Shown in pieces: positions 44,105 to 57,730 of a stretch of DNA of 64,000 nt. The notes under the pieces were generated by a model. The model was not told where the DNA came from, did not search any database, and was given only the letters and a program-made list of their open reading frames with translations. Every line of letters starts with the position of its first letter. Position 1 is the first letter of the stretch. The position numbers and the translations under genes are program-made. The DNA comes from the human T2T-CHM13v2.0 reference genome, Homo sapiens: assembly GCF_009914755.1 (NCBI RefSeq), contig NC_060931.1. One strand, given 5' to 3'.

Positions 44105-45512
44105 GTAGGATTTTTAATGTATTATAGTATCCACAACAAATAGCCAACTCTTACAGACAGACTTTTTCAGGAACAAATATTCATTCATTTTTTCCTAGTG
44201 ACCTTTCCGTACAATACCAGCACTATTAGATGCTCATATGCAATTTAGAGTGATAAGTGAAACTGCATTTCACAGTTACAGAAGATGCTGCTTTGAGTTT
44301 CATTTGGTTTATCAGGGAGAAACAAGGCTGATGTTCTTGACCTACATAAAGAAGAAGATGATAGCCAGGAATGAGCAGGAAAATGTGTTCTGCTTTCCAT
44401 TCTGAACCTGCTTATTCATTGATTTCTTTTCTGTGAGAGGCAAAGTAAAGGACACAAAGAGCAACTATCTTGTATTACTCTGTCCCCCAAGAGCTTTTCC
44501 CTCTGTGATCACCAAAAGAAGCATTATGTTAAACTTAAATGTGAACTGGGGATAAATATCCCTTTGTAGAAAAATGTGGTAAGCTACTTCAACTGTAAGC
44601 TAGAAACTAATCTAAAAAATGTATAGTGCTAATCGTTCACTTGAAATATGTGAGAAACACCATGGATTTCCAGAATTTCATTACTTTTCCCCACCCTTTT
44701 CCATTAATATCTTGGAAACACTTTTTAAAAAATCTCTCCTTCATTTCTGATACTTTGGATAGACTTTACCTAATGTTTCAATACTTCCTATAGATATAAA
44801 ATTGCTAAATGTTAAGTTAGTCCACAAGACGGTGGAACCATATTAAGATAGCAAAACCAAATTTAAGAACAAGCTCACTCAAGGTACCAAGTTATCTCCC
44901 TGTTCACTGAAAGTTCTTCCCAATTCTACTTATAAAATGTCTTCCTAACTGCCTGTATTTTTAGCACTAGTTAATGAAAATCAGCTCCTTTCCTGCAGGT
45001 CATTTATTACTTCACATTTCATTTGTTTAGTGTAGCAAATACCTTGAAAATAACTTCAAATAGCTTAAATATAACTGCAATGAATTACATAATTTATATT
45101 ATTCTGAATGCTTAAAACATTTAAGTATACTTAATCAGTTGGTAATTTATGCAATATGTTTTGCAATATGCATCACCTGATATAAATTTAATAGCTTATT
45201 AAATTATGTGCTAAAAATTGAACCTGATTTCTTCAGGATCTGCTTGACTCCTTGGTCATATATGGATTTCTTGGACTACTTCCAGAAATCTCTGGAAGAC
45301 TTTTAGGTGACTGGAGTCTTCTTCAATGTGCAAAGTATCTAACTTACTAATAACTGTCTTTTTAGTCTAAATGAGTAAATGCAGATTTCAGCGCTATCTA
45401 ATAAACAACCAAAGCATAAGCCAGACACAATTAAATATGTTTTTCATTGTAAGTACCATCATTACTGATTTAATAGCAATTAATATTTTCTTTCTAATTT
45501 AAAAATCCTCAG

Positions 45513-45617
45513 AAAGCAAAAAGGCTTCAAGAAAAAGCTATAGAAGCCTCCAGATACCATAAACGACCACAAAATGCAATATTTCACCAAACACATATTA
45601 AAGGCCTTAACACAATG
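45513..45617 (+). CDS. CFAP69: CFAP69 exon 22, KAKRLQEKAIEASRYHKRPQNAIFHQTHIKGLNTM
   Basis: atcctcag|AAAGC ... AATG|gtaaga; 105 nt. Confidence 0.92.
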
Positions 45618-45667
45618 GTAAGATTCTTTCTCCATAACATTTTCTTAATAGACATTAAATTTAGAGT

Positions 45668-45775
45668 GTTTGAACAACTGTGCAAATATACTGAAAACCA
45701 TTGAATTTTACCCATTAAATGGATGGATTGTGTGGTATTGAATTATATCTCAATAAAACTGTTCAAAAAAAATTT
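45668..45775 (+). mobile_element. Old L1MB/ME 3' end fragment in the last CFAP69 intron
   Basis: aaaaccattgaatt...tgaattatatctcaataaaactgtt plus A-tail. Confidence 0.65.
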
Positions 45776-46317
45776 TAAATTTAAAAATTAGAAGTTAAAA
45801 AAATTAATAAAAAAAAAACTTAGGCCCCCAAAATATTATGTCAATGGGATTTTCATCTCACATTTTTTCTTTTTGCTGTTCAAATTTCACATCATTAAGG
45901 CATATTTATCTCCAATGTATATCCACTTTTGCCCGGTTCTGGTTTAGAGTAGGCCCAGCCCTCCAGGATTTCTAAGAAACTGCTATAAACACTAGTCAGC
46001 TTATAATTGTCCTTATATCTCTTTAACAGAAAAGACGCAGTGCTTCCCCTTTTCCTGGCGAGTAGATCCCAAGTGTTCCTGGTATCCTCTGCTAGACTTA
46101 ATTTGCCCCCAGTTACAAAGCTGATAAGCAATAGAAATAGAATTCAAACCTACTTTTCCTGGCTCCGATGCCCTTATCTTTCTATTATACCATAACTGCC
46201 TCCTAGTTATTCATTACATTTGTGTCTTTTCAAAAGTAAGCTGAAGGATGAATGAGTTTTTCTCTTGTTGAAAATTGTGTAAATGGACTTTTAGATATTT
46301 ACCTTTTGCCTTTTTAG

Positions 46318-46488
46318 GTGCCCTCTGGTGGAGTAGTAACAGTGGAAAGCACTCCTGCCCGATTAGTAGGAGGACCTCTGGTTGATACGGATATTGCTCT
46401 TAAAAAACTGCCCATTCGAGGAGGAGCCTTGCAGAGGGTGAAAGCAGTTAAAATTGTGGATGCACCAAAAAAGAGTATTCCTACGTAA
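46318..46488 (+). CDS. CFAP69: CFAP69 terminal exon 23 coding part, VPSGGVVTVESTPARLVGGPLVDTDIALKKLPIRGGALQRVKAVKIVDAPKKSIPT*
   Basis: ttgcctttttag|GTGCCC ... ACG TAA; 56 codons plus stop. Confidence 0.94.
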   Translation: MPSGGVVTVESTPARLVGGPLVDTDIALKKLPIRGGALQRVKAVKIVDAPKKSIPT

Positions 46489-46509
46489 TATACTATAGAG
46501 ACTTTTTGA

Positions 46510-46623
46510 AATAAAGTCAGCTTATAATTTTTTAGCTGAATATATCTTTATACATATGTAAAGCCAATATTTTAGAATAAGTATTTTAGTATAAATATTT
46601 TAGTAAAATACTATAAAAATAAA
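46510..46623 (+). terminator. CFAP69 polyadenylation signals (AATAAA at 46510-46515 and 46618-46623)
   Basis: Two canonical hexamers about 20 and 130 nt after the stop codon. Confidence 0.7.
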
Positions 46624-49600
46624 AGGACATATAATTTATTTTTATGGAAAACATCAACATGTAATATCAGAAGAGTTGTCATCAGTTTCTTTGGAAAGGC
46701 TACCAATTTTACTAAGTGAAATTGTAAAACATAGTACATCAGTTAGGACTCTGTTGGTTGCATGTGAACTATTCTAACTAGTTTAAGTCAGAAAAAAAAT
46801 TTCTTACAGGCTCTATACCTATCAAATCTAGGAGGAATTTAGACTACAGGCATTGCTGAATCTAAGGACTAAAACTATATGAGTAGGATCTTCTCCTTCC
46901 CTAGCAGCTCCTGGCTTACATTCTCTTAGGTTCATGCCTGTGTCTCTGTGGTTTCTGCAGCTGCCTATGCATCTCAGGACCCCTGATTGCCCACATGCCT
47001 ACGGTAGTCCTGAGCCATTCACCATGACTTTGGCCATGGCTGAGTACTGCCTATTCCTGGAGCCAGAAGCAGGGCAACTCCATCCAAAACATATGGATAG
47101 AGTGGGGAATCAGGGTACTATTATCAGAAGCAAGTATATATGAATATTGGGCAGCAAGATAAACAATAACTCTGCAACAAGTATGTTGGTCAAAATAAAA
47201 TTATGTTTTCTCTGCTATAAAAGCAAATGTTAGTCATGAGCCAAATGGTAAAAAAGAAAAAAAAATACAGCTGGTTTTACTCTTAATATATAAATATACA
47301 AAGCAAACTCTAATGCTACTTCTCTTCTTTAATGGGGAAGGGAAAGGTGTAATGGGGGAAGTGTTTTCCCTCATTTGGTAGTAGAGGTATCTTGTCAAAG
47401 AATAGGAGATAAATGCCTTTATGCTGGACATAGAGCAAATCTGTGTCCCTGGATGCCCTTATGAAGTCTCCCTCTCCTGCCTTCATTCCCTTCACACCCC
47501 TCCTCCAGCCTGGAAGCCACAAAGGACATGAGTTCATGTCCAGGAATCAGAGAGACAAGGACCTGTTTCTTAGGAAAATAAACTGGAATTTGAGTCTAGA
47601 TTCTGGGCCCATGGGGCACACTCAGCAGTGTACTGGTAAATGGATAACTAGCTTTCCAGGAGGGAAAAGCCCTGATTTACATCATGTTCTCACCAATTCA
47701 CACAGTATAAATACTGCCACTATTACCAATCTCAAGCTACCAACATGATGCCATTGAATACATGGTTGGGAAAACATAGATAGGTTCTTTCATTATTAGA
47801 TAAGAGCAGGCTCTATCACCTCAATGTACCCACATTTTCCTCCTTCTTCTTTCCTCCTCCTCCTCTTCCTCCTCTTCCCCCAACTCACATTCCTCTAGGG
47901 ATTTTCCATTATCCTGTCTGTGAAGACAGTAGCATCTTCATTGAGAGGTAGGGGTTGCAGCTCTTGTCATTGTTCTAATTAGAATGAGTTGCCAGTTCAC
48001 CTTTGATTGGCGGCTTCTCACCCTGGCCCAGATGCCCATCCTCTTGTGCCCCATAGGAGTAGATAACATGCATCAGCTTATCAGTGAGCTTTGTTCTCTC
48101 CTGAATCCCTTTCTCTAGTCTACCACCTTCAAGAAGATATTAGAAGGCATAATTTGTTTCTTTCCTTCACAGGGAACCCTAAGCATGGGTAGGAGCATAC
48201 AACGAGATGCCCATACAAAAAATACCAGATACATCTTAGGTACACTTGAATTGATGTGAAGTGTCCATGGCTAACAATGAATCTTTGCTCCATTTTGTAG
48301 ACTATAAGCTCTCTAAGAACAAGGTAGAGACCATATCTCATTAATTATTGTACTTAGTATCTCCGGAAATAAATTATTAGATAATGTGATGGTGGCCTCA
48401 GCTACTGGCAGTCTTTCCCTTGAGCTCTGCAAATGCAGCAAAGTACTGAGCTCAAAGGGAAGATTCAGCCAACAAAATACTACACAAGTAATGCTCAACA
48501 CAGACAACATGTTAGTTTAAATGTATTTACTTCATAACATGATAGATTTTCTCCAAAATGGTGAGGCATAAATACTACTACATGAATATAACCAAGGTGT
48601 GGAAATAGTATTACTTGCTTGAGTATCATTTTTGTATGTAGTACAACTAAATGTCTCAGATTGATTAGGACTGTAATCTAGACAATTTCTGATGTCTGTG
48701 AACCTTTCTTCTTCCATGTATTTTGCCCATCAGCAAGAAGAAAGGTAAAACAGGGCAGATTATTATGTAGCAGCTATTTAATAGACAAATAAGTGTAAGT
48801 TGATGGAAAGCAGTAATGTCCCTTAATACAGACACTTGCACTTGGTAGACAGATTCACCCAAGTTTGCATATTATAATTCCAGCCACCACACAGTGAGTG
48901 AGTGACTCTTTCTCACAATATCACTAACTCTAAGTCTCTGTCTCTCATCACATCCTATATTCTCACACCACCCCTGAGCCCTAGGGGACATGATGCCTAC
49001 CCGATCCTGCCGGCTGAGAGAAGGATGGTATATTTTCTTACATTAGTCAGGTGAGACAAAATTTGAAGCTTTCAAACTGAAACTTTTACTAACCAACTGA
49101 ATGAAAAGGAAGTCAAAAGAATAAAAGTGTGGAATTCAGTGAGCACAGATAAAAGTAGCTTCAACAATCTCAGTAATGAGACTTTTACCACATGGGGGAG
49201 CTCATTCTAGCATGGTTAAACTAATTGTCAGACAGTGCTGACTTACATTGAGTGAAAAATTAGTGAATAATTAGGTGAATAACTTTCATCCATCTGGCAT
49301 CATCAGTCTGCCTTATGGAACATAAAGTATTTTATATACAACTATATTATCCACCTTAAGTCTTTTGAGGTCAGATATCCAGTTTCTTTCATCATTCTTC
49401 TGATAATGTAGTTTCTAGAATGTATGAATCTGGTCAGCTCCATCTGAAGTGCTACAATTTGTTAATACTCCTCTAAACTGTGACCAAACAGATCAAAGAT
49501 TTTTCAGGTGAGCAGGATCAATGTAGTTCCTCTCATTTTTACACACATTCTGCCAACACAACCTTAACTTACATTAGTTTCATTAGCAACCATTTTTTAT

Positions 49601-49699
49601 TGCTTATATTTAGTTGCCTTTCAAGGAAAATGTCAGGGATGCTTTCTGAGAAAGAATAGCAGACCCTGACATCCAGGAACTGTCCTGGTACTATCAGGT

Positions 49700-50940
<1,241 letters not shown>

Positions 50941-50944
50941 AACT

Positions 50945-51123
50945 TTTTTTTTTTTTTACAGTTTGGTATTTTTTATTATTATTATACTTTAAGTTTTAGG
51001 GTACATGTGCACAATGTGCAGGTTAGTTACATATATATACATGTGCCATGCTGGTGCGCTGCACCCACTAACTCGTCATCTAGCATTAGGTATATCTCCC
51101 AATGCTATCGCTCCCCCCCCTGC
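50945..51123 (-). mobile_element. Very short young L1 3' end (L1PA2/3-like)
   Basis: Minus strand reads GGGAGATATACCTAATGCTAGATGACGAGTTAGTGGGTGCAGCGCACCAGC...AAAACTTAAAGTATAAT; TSD tttaaaact at 50936-50944 and 51124-51132. Confidence 0.9.
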
Positions 51124-51153
51124 TTTAAAACTATTTTAAAATGAAAAGTTTAT

Positions 51154-52025
51154 CAAATTTACAAGAAGAAAAACATTAAAAAGTGGGCAAAGGACATGAA
51201 CAGACACTTCAAAAGATGTCATACATGGAGCCAACAAGCGTATGAAAAAAAAGCTCAATATCACTGATCATTAGAGAAATGCTATGAAACCACAATGAGA
51301 TACCATCTCACACCAGTCAGAATGACTGTTATTAAAAAGTCAAAAAACAACAGATGCTGGCGAGGTTGCAGAGAAAAGAGAATGCTTATACACTGTTGCT
51401 GGGAGTGTAAATTAGTTCAACCATTGTGGAAAGCAGTGTGGCAATTCCTCAAAGAGCTAAAAACAGAACTACTATTCGACCCAGCCATCCCATGACTGAG
51501 TATATGCTCAGGGGAATATAAATCATTCTACCGTAAAGACACACGCACATGAATGTTCACTGCAGCACTATTTACAATAGCAAAGACATGGAATCAACCT
51601 AAATGACCATCATGACAGACTGGATAAAGAAAATGTGGTCCATATACACCATGGAATGCTATGCAGCCATAAAAAGAATGAGATCATGTCTTTTGCAAGA
51701 ACATGGATGGAGGTGGAGGCCATTATCCCTAGCAAACCAACACAGGAACAGAAAACCGAATACCGCATGTTCTCACTTAAGTGGGAGCTAGATGATGAGA
51801 ACTCATGGACACAAAATGCGGAACAACAGGCACTGAGGCCTACTTGATTGGTGGAGAGTGGGAAGAGGGAGAGGATCAGGAAAAATAACTATTGAGTACT
51901 AGGCTTAGTACCGGGGTGACAAAATAATCTGTACAACAAACCCCCGTGAAATGAGTTTACCTATAGAACAAACCTGTATGTGTACCCCTGAACCTAAAAC
52001 AAAAGTTTAAAAAATAAACAAAATT
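51154..52025 (+). mobile_element. 5'-truncated older primate L1 (L1PA15/16-like), about 0.87 kb
   Basis: ORF2 C-terminus (MRYHLTPVRM...CWRGCREK) plus 3' UTR; TSD aaaagtttat at 51144-51153 and 52026-52035. Confidence 0.88.
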
Positions 52026-52056
52026 AAAAGTTTATTTAAAGTTTAAAAAAGATTCT

Positions 52057-52359
<303 letters not shown>

Positions 52360-53072
52360 ATTCGATAGAAACAGCAGAGGAACTTTAGACATAGATAATT
52401 ATTATCCCTTGTATCATCTTATGAAGAAATATTTGTGGGGTCAATATTAGATCCTTTGCCACCTTTTTTCTCCTCAGCCTTAAGCTCTCTGAAAAATAAT
52501 CGGTTATGAGCTAAGCCAAATGAGCTCAGCATAAACCCAAAGCTGTGAAACTGAATCTTTACCATGGTACCACTGCAAGAATTGGTGGTTTGTTTTTTAA
52601 AATGATCTCTAGACTGTCAAATGATTTTGAATAGGACAAAAGAGAAATACATATTGTCCCAATTCAGCTTCATTTTGACCACCTTCTTTTTTATCTTCTA
52701 TTTTGATATCATAAAATTGCTTTTGAATTAGATCTTTCAGTCTATCCCTGCATTGTCCCACTTCAGTGTCAACTCTGTGAGTCAAAGATTACGTCTGGAT
52801 TGTTCACTAATATACCCTAAAGCTTAATGAATATTTGTTGAATGAATGAATGATGAACAGAAAGAAAAAGTTTTTTTATATGCAGATGACACTATTTGTG
52901 CCAAAAACGGGGAGGAATTTACGGTATGTAATCACCATCAAAAAGCTTAAGATGAGTTGTTTTAAAACCAGATTGCCCAGTTTAGCAAATGTTCTTATTT
53001 TTAACCCAATGTAGTATGTAAATTCAATTAAAAGAACTAGAAAACCATTTTGCCATTAACTGGAAGACTAAT

Positions 53073-54847
53073 TTTATTGATTTAAGCTAAAATGTTTATC
53101 ATCGCTGCAATAAAATTGTCATGACAACTATGAGTGATTGAGGACAACTGGTTGAACAATTTTTTAGACTAAAAGTACATGGTCTCACTTTACAGCATTG
53201 AACTTTTGAGCTTCAATCATTTGCCCACAGACTGTAAAAGAGAACTGTTTTTTTTGAGGAAAACTGTAATACTGCCTCTAGGTACCACTTCGGCTCCTCT
53301 GCAGGAAATGAATTCTAGGTGGATAGCTGTCAGGTCATTTTTTTTTTTTTAGACCAAAAGCAGTTTAATGATAAAGAACACAGATGTTCAATATGGAGAT
53401 GAGAAAGGACAGGAAAGTTCTTGGCAAGATTAACTCAACTTTTTACTCCTGTCACATAAATGTGACTCCTCTCAAATGAATCATCACTTTTCGATTAGAG
53501 CTAAACAGTAATAAAGTGTCAATATGAAAATATGTTGAAATTTAAAAACTCATATCAGACTAATTATTTGTCATATAAATTCCACAAATCAAAAGCTTAA
53601 TGGACATAAAATCACTCATGTTTACACGCTGTCTGGTCATTTTTATGAGAACATTAATTAGCCCTACCCTCCAACCAGTTGATTTTCTGAGCTTAGGGAT
53701 CCACCCTTAATTGGCAAGATAAGAAGTTTTCAATCTAGGAAATTATTAGCCCTACAATCTTATATTATCTGCTACTCATGCAAAATTGGTTATATGAAAT
53801 AATATTGCCGAACGCTATGAGGTCCTTTAATATTGAAAATTCCTAACCTGGGGTTTATGCAGCCCCCTGAAATTACATGCAAAATGTAATTTTAAGAGTG
53901 TTTATATATAAAACCCCTAATAAATGGTCTATACATCATCAGAATTTGAAAGTGGTCAATAATGCAAAGAACGTCCCTCCTTTAATTCAGCTTATTCTTG
54001 GATCAAGTCAAACCATCAGGCAGTTCGTTACTTGTTCAGTATTATTTTAGCCGATTTTAAAACTTTTTATATTTGAGTTTGAGTGTACTGGAATCAGACT
54101 GTAAAGGAGAGAATCTGTCATTGTAAGGATACTTGAAACCAGTGTTGTAAACCATGGTAGCCACTGTGAAAACCTATGGGTGAGATTTTCATTGATTCTT
54201 TGTCCTGGAAAAGGCTGGACCTCTGTTGAACATATGGTTTGGTTTTTCTTATAAGCATGTGAATCTTGAAACTGTTCATGTGTCCCTCTTCACTAGGAGA
54301 AGTGGGAAACAGACCAAATTTATAGGCACCCTTTATCAAAGGTATAGGCTTTTACGACATGCATTCAAAAAGTATTAATCTAAACCGTAACTCCATTGTA
54401 TTACTTCCCTGTCTTCATGTCCCAATGTTCCAATTTCCTCCACTACTTCATGTTTTCCTTTTCTTCGGTATATTTCTTTAAAGCTTCACATCCTTTTTGA
54501 AATAAGATGTGAGATATAAATAGGCAATATAAAAAATAACTCAGCTAACACAAAAATTCTATCAAATTGTACTTTACTGAAATGAAGTTTCTTACTGTCT
54601 TTGTTTATTGTTCCTTTTTCAAAACAAAGACAATAAAAATGAGAACATAAAAAGGTTTTAGTCCTTAATGCATAGAAAAATACTTTAATATAGAAGATGG
54701 CTTGGTAATGAAATGTACATTTCAGAAACCACAAAATATACTACATTAAATATTACTTTTTAGGATAATACTGCCATTAGTTTTGGCACAGTTTAATAGT
54801 CAATATTAATATATAAGATACCTTATAAAATTGGTTACAATTTTATT
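53073..54847 (-). terminator. Candidate FAM237B poly(A) signals (minus-strand AATAAA at 54842-54847, 54604-54609, 53073-53078)
   Basis: TTTATT on the + strand downstream of the FAM237B stop; the sequence alone cannot show which is used. Confidence 0.4.
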
Positions 54848-55578
54848 CCATTGACTATTGTATCTAAAAAATATATCACATTTGCCTTTTAACTGATGTT
54901 TTCTTTAAAACAAAGACACTTTAAAAAGACACCTTCTAAGTAAAAAATTGAGAAATTATCTGAAAATATTGGAATAATTCAATAGCAATAAAGCAATTAC
55001 AACAAAAAACAACGTTTATCAGTATTAAATAATTTGTATAACTATGACAAGAAATATTTGACCTCATAAATACAAGTTTTCAGGTCGCTGTCATCTTGCT
55101 TGAGGTATTTTACATGTTTTCTCTTAAATGTAATACTCTCATTTTGTAAAATCTAGTCCTGTAAGATTTAAAAGAAGAAATTGTTAATATTCATTCCAAT
55201 ATGACTCTTAAATTTCCTGCTTTTATACAACCCTATTGAAAAAATTAATTTCAAAAGCCTAAATACATGTCTGATGTTTAAAATTTCTTCAACAAATGTA
55301 ATATGAATAATTACAGGGTTAAATGGCTTTCTTATGAACTATTCATGGGCAAACAAGGATAATTTTAATTATCTACCAAAGTGTATTATATTCCAAGATC
55401 ATTTAAAATTGTAAGTCAGAGCTTGTGTGGTTTGTAAATAATGTAAAATGAGTAAAAATGAGAATCAAAACCTATCATTTTAGGGAAAAAAACTAAATAT
55501 GGTAAATTTGCTACCTTGTTGGATAACTTGAAAAAAATCAGAAGAATTAAATAGTGACTTTTAAAGAAAAGTAAACTG

Positions 55579-56001
<423 letters not shown>

Positions 56002-56930
56002 CTATACAGAAAAAAAAATGAGAGAGGATATATTTAACTTAAAAAAGTTATTCAATCACTTGATCTAAAAAACTGTAAGTACACATATATTTGCTTTTGA
56101 TCAAGCCAAATCTGCTTACTAGGTATTCATTTTTTCTAAATTACTGATTATCACATCTTCCTTTAGGATATTACAGTTCCGGTTTGATTTCCAACGTTCT
56201 GATCAAGAGTCTTTGAAATGCAACACATTTATGAAAATGCAAAGGTTCATTTCATCACAGACCTTTAAAAGTGGCAGAAACCCTAAAGAGCTTATGCTCC
56301 AACCTTCTCCCTTTACTGATTAGATCATTAGTGATACGGTTCCGCAAGTCTTCAGACTCCTGACTGCCTATCCAAGACTCCTACCTACCACAACACATTT
56401 CAACTAAGTGGATCAAAATACAGTCCTTTCTACATGTAACATAGGAAGTATTTTGTTGTTGTTAATTGAGATATTATTAACCCAAATGGTACTAGATCTC
56501 ACAAACACCGTTTAAGTCTCAAAGTTACTGCTGTTTCCATTTTCATGTATTGAAAAATACTTGTTACGCACTAATATCCGGTGTATTCTTGGCTTCCCTC
56601 TGTTTAGGAGCTGGTTGGAGAAGATGAACGTAGACATACATGAAGTGGCACGAAAACAAAGGTGATATAAGGTAGGATGAGATAGTGCAGGGCCCATTAC
56701 ATTCAGCAAAATCTTGACATTTTTCTAATGCCTCTTTGCATGCCTCCTTGCCAACTGATTGTTGGGTAAAATCGGCCCAAAGCACATAAGTGGAAGTTAA
56801 AGACTAAGTTGGCATTGAATTGCCACACACCTGCTATTCAAGGCTGCTGTTGGAAATGTCCCTTTTACAACATTGACAGCCAACGGGGAGGGATAGGGAG
56901 AGGAGAACAGATCCAGAACACAGGACTCAC

Positions 56931-56977
56931 CTTTCCCCCCGTACACGGCCGTCTGCCACCTCCCTAAAAAAGTTGGG
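56931..56977 (-). other. FAM237B: FAM237B non-coding 5' UTR exon (alternative acceptor possible at 56963)
   Basis: Minus strand reads tttctctcttcag|CCCAACTTTTTTAG|GGAGG...GGAAAG|gtgagt; the donor is perfect consensus and the intron starts at 56930. Confidence 0.7.
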
Positions 56978-57129
56978 CTGAAGAGAGAAATCATAAGAAT
57001 CAAATCTAAACAGGACATTCAAGTCATTTCACATCGTCGAAAATTGTGCAAATTCCCCAGACTGAGCTGAAAGCTGGCAGTTTATGATACATGATGTATC
57101 AGAGGGAATTTCTTCCCCCTCAATTTCAG

Positions 57130-57730
57130 GTTAGCGCCTCTCCCTGTGCCCCCAGCCCTGGGTCAGGTCACCTGGGCGCAGAAGAGGGAGGCCACGCGGG
57201 AGTCGAGGACCTCTGGTCGCCGTCCGAGGAGCGCGTCCTGGCGCGGTGTCCTGGGTGCGCTACGCTCGTTGGGAGGAGGACGGGGCGCCTCCTGCCCAGG
57301 AGGAACCAGAGGTTTCAGCGGGGACGACCCCTGCCCAGGGCGCCCTCTGCCCAGCGGACCCACTTCCCGAGGCAGGCGAACTGGGCGAGGCAGCGCTGTG
57401 TCACCCACCCCGAGCGCTCACCGGGCGCCCAAGCTCTCTCAGCGGAACCGTCTCGGCCGCGGTGCGCTTCGGCGCTGGGAGGCTCTGGCTGGCACTGGCT
57501 CACCGCGGGTGGAGCTGCCGGTTCTGCTGCGGCCACGCGGGGTTCCCGAGACAGACCCGCCGCTGGGACCGCGATCCTTTTCTAGAGGCTGAGTGAGGGG
57601 GCAGATCGTGGGTGGCCGCGCTCTCGAGGCCCCTCCCTGACCTCGCCCAACTTCCCAGCCTCCAGACCTCGGGGGCCTCTGCGCCCTGCGGCCCTGCTTT
57701 GGCCGCTGCTCTCGCCTCTCCTGCCCTCCT
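57130..57730 (-). promoter_or_regulatory. CpG island; probable FAM237B promoter and first exon
   Basis: Abrupt GC/CpG-rich block in AT-rich DNA, directly upstream of FAM237B. Candidate minus-strand donors GCG|GTGAGC (57504/57503) and CCG|GTGAGC (57422/57421). Confidence 0.8.
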
